Positions 38,118 through 46,847 of a stretch of DNA of 64,000 nucleotides are shown here, one piece after another; position 1 is the stretch's first letter, and each line of letters opens with the position of its first letter. The notes beneath the pieces are model-generated. The model did not search any database. It saw only the letters and a program-made list of their open reading frames with translations, and was not told the DNA's origin. The stretch covers positions 2,688,001-2,752,000 of the forward strand of contig OY762492.1 in assembly GCA_963665845.2 (NCBI GenBank), read 5' to 3'. This stretch comes from Candidatus Poribacteria bacterium. Its GTDB lineage: Bacteria; Poribacteria; WGA-4E; GCA-2687025. The translations under genes and the position numbers were made by a program.

Positions 38118-38621
38118 ATGGCACGAAAACTGCTCAATAAACTCCGACGGCGGAGCAACGGCGACGAGGGTTTCACACTGGTGGAAGTTCTGGTCGTTTT
38201 GACGATCATCGGAATTCTTGCGGCGGCGATCTCGCCCGCTGTCCTCAAAGAAATCGGCAAAGCAAAACAGCAAAAAGCGCAGCAGCAGATCTCCATCTTC
38301 GCAGGCGCCCTGAAACGGTACAGCCGCGATGTCGGCGACTACCCGACAACAGAAGAGGGGTTGATGGGGCTGATCCAAGCGCCCAGCGGCGTGACCGGAT
38401 GGGACGGACCCTATCTGGAAGAGGCGCTGCTCCCTGACGGAACCATGAAGCCCGACCCCTGGGGGAACCAGCTGGAGTACGTCTATCCAGGCGCGCACCA
38501 AGCCCTGACCTACGCCTTCGACCTGACCAGCTACGGCAGAGACGGACAAGAAGGCGGTACCGGCGTCGACTCCGACATCTCCAACTGGGCGGGCGTCATG
38601 GACGAAAGCCAGGAAGAGTAA
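38118..38621 (+). CDS. gspG: major pseudopilin
   Basis: GFTLVE prepilin site; YPT.EEGL..L, W.GPYL, DPWGN...Y..PG, SYG.DG..GG...DI.NW. Confidence 0.92.
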   Translation: MARKLLNKLRRRSNGDEGFTLVEVLVVLTIIGILAAAISPAVLKEIGKAKQQKAQQQISIFAGALKRYSRDVGDYPTTEEGLMGLIQAPSGVTGWDGPYLEEALLPDGTMKPDPWGNQLEYVYPGAHQALTYAFDLTSYGRDGQEGGTGVDSDISNWAGVMDESQEE

Positions 38622-38635
38622 GCAGGCGGCGAACG

Positions 38636-39265
38636 ATGAACGCAATGCGCATGAACCCAGAACGCTCTCAAAGAGGCTTCACGCTGGTCGAAATGCTGGT
38701 CGTGCTGGCGATCATTTCGCTCATGCTGGCGGTCGCGGCGCCCTCGTTCAAAAACTTTTCGGACAAGCAAAAGTTGGAGACCGCAGGCGACGCGGTACGC
38801 AGCCTAGCGCATTACGCGCGCGACACCGCCATGGCGGACGGAGAGCCGTATATGATCGTGTTCGACTTCGTGCAGCAGACCTTCTGGCTTTCAAAAGCCT
38901 CCGCCCTGGAATACGGCGACCTGTCGATGAGCGCCTATCTCGGATCCTACGGACCCGAAGCGGAAGGCATGTCGCCTGAAGAGATGATCGCCGAACGCGC
39001 CCACGGCATACTGGGCGATATGCGCGAAATGGACGCCGTCGTCTCAATAGACCGAGTCGATGTGGAGCGCGAAGGCGCCATCGTGAGCGGCGCGCCCGAT
39101 TATGAATATGTCCAGTTCAATGCGGACGGCACCGCCGAGCCGGCAAGCGTCTATCTGTTGAATAACCGGAACCAAGCGGCGGTTGTGGATGTATGGCTCC
39201 GCGCTTCCCGCATTGATGTTCGGATGTTGAACGATAATGAGGCGTCCGAACTGGTTGAACGGTAA
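38636..39265 (+). CDS. gspH: minor pseudopilin (GspH/FimT-like)
   Basis: RGFTLVEMLVVL, F.ADG; position after gspG. Confidence 0.7.
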   Translation: MNAMRMNPERSQRGFTLVEMLVVLAIISLMLAVAAPSFKNFSDKQKLETAGDAVRSLAHYARDTAMADGEPYMIVFDFVQQTFWLSKASALEYGDLSMSAYLGSYGPEAEGMSPEEMIAERAHGILGDMREMDAVVSIDRVDVEREGAIVSGAPDYEYVQFNADGTAEPASVYLLNNRNQAAVVDVWLRASRIDVRMLNDNEASELVER

Positions 39266-39290
39266 CGCTGTGAAGAGAAACCGCGCCGCC

Positions 39291-39701
39291 ATGAACAAAT
39301 CTTCTGGGTTCACTTTGCTAGAGGTGCTGGTCGCGCTGGCGATTATCGGCGGAACGCTGCCGTTTTTGGCGCTGGCGCTGGCGAACACCTCGCGCATGAG
39401 CGCCGAGTCGAGAGACCTGATCACCGCGTCGCATCTGCTGCGCGATAAAATGAGCGAACTGGAATCGGTCGAATCGCTTCCGTCGGGGCAATCGCAGGGC
39501 GAGTTCCTTGAAGGCGCCCGCTTTCAATGGCAGGTACAGATCTCTCCAACAACCTACAACTCCCTCTACGACGTCTCGGTGATGGTTACATGGCTTTCAG
39601 GCGGAATACCGAAACGGCTCGGCGCCCGAACCTACATCATGGGCGAAGCGCAGGAGGCGGAAGAAGAGGGCGGACAGCAAGGCGGACAAGGAGCCAGATG
39701 A
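39291..39701 (+). CDS. gspI: minor pseudopilin (GspI-like)
   Basis: GFTLLEVLVALAI; small size and gene order. Confidence 0.7.
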   Translation: MNKSSGFTLLEVLVALAIIGGTLPFLALALANTSRMSAESRDLITASHLLRDKMSELESVESLPSGQSQGEFLEGARFQWQVQISPTTYNSLYDVSVMVTWLSGGIPKRLGARTYIMGEAQEAEEEGGQQGGQGAR

Positions 39702-40534
39702 TGCAAAGACGCGCTCAAAGACGCAAAGACGCGGGCTTCACGCTGGTCGAACTGCTCGTCACTATGGCGATGGTGACGATCGTCAGCGGCATCGTCTACT
39801 CCTCCTTCAGTAACGCGCTCAGCTCCTATAGCAAGGATTCGTCCAAGATGAATGAGGCGCGCGCCATACGCGCCGGACTGCAGGGGCTGGCGGACGATAT
39901 GTCGAACGCTGTCGGCGACGCTGCGAACCTTGATTTCATGTTTCTGTTTCAGGACATGGAGGGGCTTGAAGGCTACGGGCAGGACATCGTCAGCTTCGTC
40001 ACCTCCACCGAGCCGAACACGGCGGAAACGGAAAGCCTCAACAACGGCGCGCCGCCAAGCCGCGCCGGTACGCTCCAAAGCTCCATCATTGAGGACGAGG
40101 AGGAAGACGCCCCGCAAGCGGCGTCCGATCTGATTCGTATCGCGTATATGGTCGGCGCCAGCCAGGACAACCCCCCAGACGAAAACGCCGAGATTCAACC
40201 GCAGGCGCTTCTCAAAGTGATCTCGCCGACGCTGGACATTGAGGAGCTGCTGGGAGATTCGGGGCTGTCGCAGGATGTCGAATCGATGCTTGCCGCGCTC
40301 ATGGAGCAGGGGGCGGAGGTGGAAACGGTCGTTGACTCGGTTCTGGGGCTAGATTTTGAGTTTTTTGACGGCGAACAGTGGACGCCGATGTGGAACACGG
40401 AGGAGCAGGGGGTTCCGCTGGCGGCGCGCGCCAAGCTGACCGTCGGCAACGCGGCAAATCTAGAAACCGCGCTCACCCGCTCCACCACCGCGCGCATCGC
40501 CGTCACAAGCGTCCCAGGAGGAGCGGGAAATTGA
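39698..40534 (+). CDS. gspJ: minor pseudopilin (GspJ-like)
   Basis: GFTLVELLV; C-terminal L.F.FFDG..W...W......P.A motif. Confidence 0.7.
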   Translation: MMQRRAQRRKDAGFTLVELLVTMAMVTIVSGIVYSSFSNALSSYSKDSSKMNEARAIRAGLQGLADDMSNAVGDAANLDFMFLFQDMEGLEGYGQDIVSFVTSTEPNTAETESLNNGAPPSRAGTLQSSIIEDEEEDAPQAASDLIRIAYMVGASQDNPPDENAEIQPQALLKVISPTLDIEELLGDSGLSQDVESMLAALMEQGAEVETVVDSVLGLDFEFFDGEQWTPMWNTEEQGVPLAARAKLTVGNAANLETALTRSTTARIAVTSVPGGAGN

Positions 40535-41949
40535 AACGCCCCAACGACGCCGGCCTCGCCCTCATCACAACGCTCTGGGTCATCGCCATCCTGTCCATAC
40601 TCGTTACAGCGTATCTGTACGACGCCCATCTGGACTGGCGAATCAGCCGCCGCGCCGTTGAAAAAACGCAGGCGGAATACGCCGCCAAAGCCGGCATCTC
40701 CCAATTCCAAGCGGTACTGGAAGACGACGACGAATCGTACGACGACGCCCAAGAGGACTGGGGGCAGGGCGTCAGCGGGCAGATGGAAGACCCCGCCGGG
40801 ACAGGCAAGGCGTTCAGCTACTCTGTCAGCGCGACCGATCTGAACGCGCTTATCGACATCAACTCGGCGGATGAAACGGTCGTCAGCTCGCTGCTGCAAA
40901 GCGCGGGCGTCCCGGAAGAATCGCGCACAACGCTGGCGCAAAACATTGTCTCGGCGCGGGATCAACGCCCCTTCCTAACGCCAGGCGACCTCGCCCGCGT
41001 GGAAGGCATGACGAACGCGATTCTATACGGCGGTCAAGCCGCGCCCGCAGAAGGCGAAGAAGCGCAGCAAACGACTCCGCTTATCAACCTTATCAGCGTC
41101 TATTCCGTCGATAAGAATGAGCAGTCGAACGGAACCAGCCGGACGAACATAACCAGCGCGGACGCCAACACGCTCCGCCAAAATTTAACGAACTCGAGCG
41201 GCGAGGAGCTGCTGTCTCAAAATGAAGCGGACGCATTGGTCAGCTACCGAGACGACAACGAACTGGAATCGATCGGCGATCTGTTCGACGCGACGGCAAT
41301 CACCCAAGAGACGCTGAACGACATCCGCGGCGATCTTAGCACAGACGATTCGGACGACGACGACGAGGACGAAACGACCAACATCAACACGGCAGACGCC
41401 GACCAGCTCGCCAATGTAGACGGGCTGGATCAAGGCACGGCGGAAGCGATCGTTCGTTACAGGGACGAAAACGGGAACTACGACAACGTGGACGATATAC
41501 AGAACGCGCTCATCTTCACCCGCGATGAGATACGGCAGATCGCCGACAAAGTCACGGTGACAGACGACGACACTTTAACCGGCGTCTTGAACCTCAACAC
41601 AGCGGGCGCGAGCGCACTGGGGCTGCTGCCGAACATGAACAACCAGAAGGCGCAGGCGATTGTGAACCAGCGGCAAGCGCAGCAGGCGTCCAACGAACAG
41701 CAAGGCTCCGGCGCCGAGGAGGCCTCCGCCTCCTCCAACCCGTTCCGATCCATCGGCGATCTGCTCAACATCGACAGCATCGACGCGGAGACCTTTAAAG
41801 GAATCGCCAACCTTGTGACCTATAGAACGCAGGCGTTTCAGCTGACCGCAAACGGGATGGACCCCGCAGGGGCGCAAGCGGCGACCGTCACCGCGATCAT
41901 CGACCGCAGCGGCGAGGAGATCAGCATTCGTTTCTGGCGCATTGAATGA
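40531..41949 (+). CDS. gspK: GspK-like minor pseudopilin with four helix-hairpin-helix repeats
   Basis: GLALITTLW (no Glu5), A.YAAKAG, D.NA.IDIN; repeated .NINTA....L..G.....A.AIV..R motif; TTG start. Confidence 0.75.
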   Translation: MKRPNDAGLALITTLWVIAILSILVTAYLYDAHLDWRISRRAVEKTQAEYAAKAGISQFQAVLEDDDESYDDAQEDWGQGVSGQMEDPAGTGKAFSYSVSATDLNALIDINSADETVVSSLLQSAGVPEESRTTLAQNIVSARDQRPFLTPGDLARVEGMTNAILYGGQAAPAEGEEAQQTTPLINLISVYSVDKNEQSNGTSRTNITSADANTLRQNLTNSSGEELLSQNEADALVSYRDDNELESIGDLFDATAITQETLNDIRGDLSTDDSDDDDEDETTNINTADADQLANVDGLDQGTAEAIVRYRDENGNYDNVDDIQNALIFTRDEIRQIADKVTVTDDDTLTGVLNLNTAGASALGLLPNMNNQKAQAIVNQRQAQQASNEQQGSGAEEASASSNPFRSIGDLLNIDSIDAETFKGIANLVTYRTQAFQLTANGMDPAGAQAATVTAIIDRSGEEISIRFWRIE

Positions 41950-41997
41950 AAAACATAACGCATCGTATGAACTTGGACAGATCGGCGGAGAAACAAC

Positions 41998-43932
41998 GTG
42001 GCTAGCAAAACGATCATCGGCATCGATATCGGCGCCCACTGCGTCAAAGCGGCGCGCGTCGAAGACAAAGGCGGGTTCACGGTTCTGGGCATCGGCGAGG
42101 AGCCAATGCCCCCAAACGCTTCGATTGAGCAGCAAAAAGAAGCGATCCAAAAAGCGCTCAACCAAGCGGGCGGACGGCGCAGCCGGTGCGTCATCGGCGT
42201 GCCGCGCGACCAGGTCGTCCTGCGGCGAATCGACAAGCTGCCGAAAGACCTGGACGAAGCGAGCATGCGGGAAGTGGTGCGCCTCCAGGCGGACAGCGAG
42301 CTGCCGTTTGATCATGGCGAGGCGGTGTACGATTATCTGAATGTGCGCGAGAGCGAGGAATCCGCTTCGGTGGAGATCGTCGCGGCGCGGCTCAGCGAAG
42401 TGGAGCGTCTCGTCAACAGCGCGCGCGAAGCGGGCGGCAAGCCGGTCGCCATCGCGCCGTCGGTGTTTGCGATCCCGGCGCTCGCGCGGCTGCACGCCGG
42501 CAACGAGACGGACCATCGCCATCTGCTCATTGTGGATATCGGGCATTCGGCGACCGAGGTCGGCGTCATTTGCGACGGCGCCATCGAAACGACGCGCAGT
42601 TTCCCCATCGGCGCCGACCAGCTGCGCAACGGCGACGCGCGCATCCCTTCCCTCTTTATCGGCGAATTGACGCGCACCGTTCAGGCGCACAAGCGGCAGT
42701 TTGAAGACGACAAGCCGTTCGACGACATCTGGCTCTGGGGCGGCGGCGCCTCCATGCGCTTCGACAACCTGACCGAAGACGGCGCGTCGGTCTCGCTGGC
42801 GCAGCTGATCGAAGCGCAGCTGGGCGCGCCCGTTCATACGAACATCGAAATCGGCGGGTTCAAGGACGCCTCCAAGGTGAGCGCGGAGCCTGCAGGCTGG
42901 CATCGATACGGCGTCGCGCTGGGGCTGGCGGTCGGCGAGCTGTCCGGGACGCTGGAAGCGAACCTGATACCGAAAATGGACAAGGAAAAGCATGAACAGG
43001 CGGACCGCAACAGGCAAGCGCTCGTTTGCGTCATCGCGGCGGCGGCTTTGACCGCGGCTATCGCCCTGCTCAGCGCCCAGATCAAGCGCAGCCAGGCGGA
43101 GGATGTGCGCAGCCTCAACAACGAAATCAAAACCTATAGAGCGGACAAGGCGATCTCCGACCAAGAAGCGTCCAAAATCCGCCGTATGAACGCCTACATG
43201 GAGCCGAAATACTCGGTTCTGGATGTGCTGCGGGAGCTGACCGCTCTTCTGCCGGACCGCCCCTCGGTCGCGGCGACCGCGATACAGTTTTCCGATTCGG
43301 GCGAGGTGCAGATCGAACTGCAGGGAAGCTCGCATGACATCGTCAAGGAGACGGCGCGCAAGATCGCCCGATCGCCATGGTTCGACTCGAACGAAATCTC
43401 CCTCAGCCAAGTAACAACGTTCGAGGAAAACAGGCGCCAGATCCATCAGTTCAGGGTCACCGCTCAAGTGTCGGTCAACGCCCCGGTTCTAGCCGTCCGA
43501 AAGATCGGAACCGGCAACGAACCGACCGCTGAAGCGGAACCGCAGGGTCAACGCGGCGGAGGCAGACAAACCGCCCAAAGCGGCGGAAATCAGCAGCGGG
43601 GAGGAGGCGGCAGCCGCCAGGTCTCTTCGCGTCAAGGCGGCGGACGCGGCGGCGAAGCGCGAGGAAGCGGCTTCCAGCAAAGCGGCCAAGTCTCCATTCA
43701 GAACGTAAAGGCGGCGGCGGAGTTTGAAGCTATCGAAGGCTCCGAGAAAATAGAGGCGGCGTTGAAAGAGGCGCTGGGGAAAGAAGGCGTCAGCATTGAG
43801 CTGGACGCGGAAGCGCTTGAAAAGCTGAAGTCGGAGGGAATCGCAGTGATAAAGAGCGACGCCTCCATCGACAGCGGAACGATTGAAACCATCAAGATCG
43901 ATGTGTCAACAAGCGAAGAAAAGGACGAATAG
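41998..43932 (+). CDS. GspL / PilM-PilN fusion protein
   Basis: N-terminal actin-like IGIDIG...VK, VDIG...T, ANLIP then a TM helix and PilN-like periplasmic region; G/Q/R-rich tail. Confidence 0.7.
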   Translation: MASKTIIGIDIGAHCVKAARVEDKGGFTVLGIGEEPMPPNASIEQQKEAIQKALNQAGGRRSRCVIGVPRDQVVLRRIDKLPKDLDEASMREVVRLQADSELPFDHGEAVYDYLNVRESEESASVEIVAARLSEVERLVNSAREAGGKPVAIAPSVFAIPALARLHAGNETDHRHLLIVDIGHSATEVGVICDGAIETTRSFPIGADQLRNGDARIPSLFIGELTRTVQAHKRQFEDDKPFDDIWLWGGGASMRFDNLTEDGASVSLAQLIEAQLGAPVHTNIEIGGFKDASKVSAEPAGWHRYGVALGLAVGELSGTLEANLIPKMDKEKHEQADRNRQALVCVIAAAALTAAIALLSAQIKRSQAEDVRSLNNEIKTYRADKAISDQEASKIRRMNAYMEPKYSVLDVLRELTALLPDRPSVAATAIQFSDSGEVQIELQGSSHDIVKETARKIARSPWFDSNEISLSQVTTFEENRRQIHQFRVTAQVSVNAPVLAVRKIGTGNEPTAEAEPQGQRGGGRQTAQSGGNQQRGGGGSRQVSSRQGGGRGGEARGSGFQQSGQVSIQNVKAAAEFEAIEGSEKIEAALKEALGKEGVSIELDAEALEKLKSEGIAVIKSDASIDSGTIETIKIDVSTSEEKDE

Positions 43933-43935
43933 ACG

Positions 43936-46032
43936 GTGAAATTTGAACTGGGCGGAGCCGTTTCGGATCGCAGCGTCAAGCTGCTACTCATCGTCGCGGT
44001 CGTTGGGGTCGCGCTCTTTACGGCGTTTCAGCTGATCGGAATTCTCAGCGGACAAGAAAATGTGGACGCTAAAAAACAGGAGCTGGCGGAAGCGTCGCTC
44101 ATGTCGCGCCTGCAAGAGCCGCTCAAAACGGCGGCGCGTTCCATTCAGGACGCCTCGAAGACGTCGGGAGAAACGCTGCCCCAGCCGGTCATCGACAAAA
44201 TGAAAGAGGTGTACGCTGTCAAGCCGACGCCTGAAAACGGAAAACGCTCTATCCTGACAGCGAGCGCAAACGACCTGATGGCGCGCCTGGGCGTCAACCC
44301 TCGGCAGGCGCAGTTCATCCTTGAAAACAGGGCGGGCGTTGAATCGGTCGACGATTTCTCGGACCGGCGGCGCAACCTGTTTGACGCGAACGCGGACACC
44401 ATTGAGCCGATGATCCTGCAAAAAATCGCGCAAATCGCCGGCAGAAGCGGCATTCAAAAACTGGATTTTGTGAAGGTTGAACAGCAAACCAAAGTCGATA
44501 AAACGCAAGCCGTCCTCGTCAAACCAAGCCCGATCTCCATCCAAGACCTGGCGGAGCGCAGAGCCGCCATCCGAGAGGCGCTGGAGTCGGAGCATTCCGC
44601 CCCGCTGCAGGAAGCGGCGCAGCGGCTGATTCAGCTGACGCGCGACGACCCTTCCATTCGAAACAGCGCGGAGGACAACCTCGAATCGATGATGGACAAC
44701 CCCAACCTTTCTGCGGACAAGGTCGCCCAGCTGCGCCTCGCCCATCTCGCCTCGCAGCCCTCCAAGATGCGTATACTGGACAGCCTGCTGCGAACGCATA
44801 TGCAGGATGGATTGAGCCGAATTCCGCCGGAACCAGCGCCAGAACCGGAGCCGCAAACAAACGGCGAAAACGAAGCCGAAAACGCCGCTGAAAACGAGGC
44901 AGAGAACGGAAACGAAACCGAAGAAGAAAACGGCTCCGAAAATGCTGAAAATAACGAGGAAGGCGGAAACGAAAACGCAAACGGCGAGGAAGGCGGAAAC
45001 GAAAACGCAAACGGCGAAAATGAAACGAAAACAGAAGCCGATGACGCCGAAGCGGACAATGTCAAGGAACCGTCTAAACCGCCGGCGCATCCCGCCCCCA
45101 TCAAATTTGGAGCGTACCCCTATCCGCGCATCCCCCAAATAGAACCGGCGGCGCAGAAGCGGTTGATGGAAACGCTCCGCGACAACCAAGCCGCCTGGCT
45201 CAGCGACGACCAGCTGCGTTACATTCTGGATGTGAAAGAGGAGGAGCCGAAGCCCGACAATACAGACACAGAAGAGGGCGCGACCGAAAACGAAGATGAG
45301 GGCGGCGGCGAGAATGCCGAAAACGAAGATGAGGGCGGCGGCGAGAATGCCGAAAACGAAGATGAGGGCGGCGGCGAGAATGCCGAAAACGAAGATGAGG
45401 GCGGCGGCGAGAATGCCGAGACTGAAAACGAAGAAGAAAACGGCGCGCAAGAAACTACAGACGCCGATCCGAACGAATCTGAAGAGGCGGCAAACGAAGA
45501 AAACGGCGGCGGCGCGAATCAAAACGAAGGCGACAACGCCAACGGCGGCGACGCGAATCAAAATGAAAACGAGAGCGACAACGGAAACGGCGACGGCGCT
45601 GACCAAGATGAAAACGCCAACGGCGACAACGGAAACGGCGAAGCGAAAGACGAAGAGAACGGAGACAGCGAAGCGAACGGCGACGAGAGCGGGGACGATC
45701 AAAACGACGGCGAAGACGCCCAAGACGAGAGCGAGAGCGGACCGCCGCCGTTCACCCATCCCGACCTCGAAGAGATACGCGCCTACCATGTCAAGCTGAT
45801 CGATACGTTGTGGCGCATATCGGAGGCGGTGGATAAACCGTCCCCCTCCAAGCCGATCATCTACACGGCGGCGACCGAATTTCGGGCGCGGCTCGAAAAC
45901 CTCACCCGATTCGTGTACCAGCTGGAAGGGGAAGCGCCGTGGATGCGCATCTCCGAACTCAACCTGACAAAGCACAACGAAGACGGTCCAACGCTTCTCG
46001 TCCGAGTGACCGTCAAAGCGACCATCTTTTGA
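43936..46032 (+). CDS. GspM/PilO-position membrane protein with long acidic low-complexity inserts
   Basis: N-terminal TM; C-terminal F....L.RF.Y.LE.....I..L ferredoxin-like PilO/GspM pattern; E/N/G/D-rich tracts. Confidence 0.55.
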   Translation: MKFELGGAVSDRSVKLLLIVAVVGVALFTAFQLIGILSGQENVDAKKQELAEASLMSRLQEPLKTAARSIQDASKTSGETLPQPVIDKMKEVYAVKPTPENGKRSILTASANDLMARLGVNPRQAQFILENRAGVESVDDFSDRRRNLFDANADTIEPMILQKIAQIAGRSGIQKLDFVKVEQQTKVDKTQAVLVKPSPISIQDLAERRAAIREALESEHSAPLQEAAQRLIQLTRDDPSIRNSAEDNLESMMDNPNLSADKVAQLRLAHLASQPSKMRILDSLLRTHMQDGLSRIPPEPAPEPEPQTNGENEAENAAENEAENGNETEEENGSENAENNEEGGNENANGEEGGNENANGENETKTEADDAEADNVKEPSKPPAHPAPIKFGAYPYPRIPQIEPAAQKRLMETLRDNQAAWLSDDQLRYILDVKEEEPKPDNTDTEEGATENEDEGGGENAENEDEGGGENAENEDEGGGENAENEDEGGGENAETENEEENGAQETTDADPNESEEAANEENGGGANQNEGDNANGGDANQNENESDNGNGDGADQDENANGDNGNGEAKDEENGDSEANGDESGDDQNDGEDAQDESESGPPPFTHPDLEEIRAYHVKLIDTLWRISEAVDKPSPSKPIIYTAATEFRARLENLTRFVYQLEGEAPWMRISELNLTKHNEDGPTLLVRVTVKATIF
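45286..45417 (+). repeat. intragenic 33-bp tandem repeat x4 (ENEDEGGGENA)
   Basis: GAAAACGAAGATGAGGGCGGCGGCGAGAATGCC repeated four times; a 30-bp duplicate also at 44956-45015. Confidence 0.9.
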
Positions 46033-46055
46033 AGACGACAACGAAGGAGCGACTC

Positions 46056-46748
46056 ATGATACGAAGAACAGCGGTTGCGTTGTTTGCGATGGCGGCGATG
46101 GCGGCTCCGCAGCTTTACGCGGACGAGCGCCCGCCGATGGACTACTACAAGATTCTCTCCGAGAAAAACCTGTTCCGAAAACTGGGCTGGAAACCGCCCG
46201 ACAACCGCCCGCGCTACAGCCTGCTCATGACCGTAGTGATCGAAGACGAGACCGAAGAGGAAGAAACGGTTGAATTGAGCGAGGAAGAGCAGTTTCTGCT
46301 GACGCTTTACGGGAATGAACTGGAAACGCCGGAAGAGTCGACCGCCGAGCTGGAAGCGGAGCCGCGCAAGAACTACGCCAGGATCCAGCGGCAAGGCGGC
46401 TCCACGTATACCGTGGACGAAGGGGACCAGTTTGAAGGCATGACGCTTGTCTCCGTCGGCTATGGGCGGGTCGCCATCGTCAACGGCGAGGGCGAAGAGA
46501 CGAACCTATCGCTTCCGACCGCCTCCGGCGCATCCGGCGGAAGCGCCAACCAGGGCGGCAGCTCGCGCAGCCGAGCGCAAGCCTCCTCCCGTTCCAGCGA
46601 GAGAGGCGGGCGCGGCGGATTCCCTGAAGGCATGCCGGCCGATATGCGCGAACGGATGGAGCGGCTGCGCAACGCCAGCCCCGAAGAGCGCGCCGAAATC
46701 ATGCGGGAATTCCGCGGACGAGGCGGCCGGCGAGGCGGCAGAGATTGA
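46056..46748 (+). CDS. exported protein, GspC/PilP-like by position
   Basis: signal peptide, Y..I.EKNLF, A.I......YTV.EGD.F.G..LV.V (HR/PilP-like), R/G-rich tail; directly before the secretin. Confidence 0.5.
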   Translation: MIRRTAVALFAMAAMAAPQLYADERPPMDYYKILSEKNLFRKLGWKPPDNRPRYSLLMTVVIEDETEEEETVELSEEEQFLLTLYGNELETPEESTAELEAEPRKNYARIQRQGGSTYTVDEGDQFEGMTLVSVGYGRVAIVNGEGEETNLSLPTASGASGGSANQGGSSRSRAQASSRSSERGGRGGFPEGMPADMRERMERLRNASPEERAEIMREFRGRGGRRGGRD

Positions 46749-46847
46749 AAAAACGCGGTTCCATTAAACCTAAACGCCTGTTTTGGAATCTAACATGCTG
46801 GAGCGCAACGCGCATGCTGCCAGCGGCGCCAGTAGAAAGTTGAAAAC

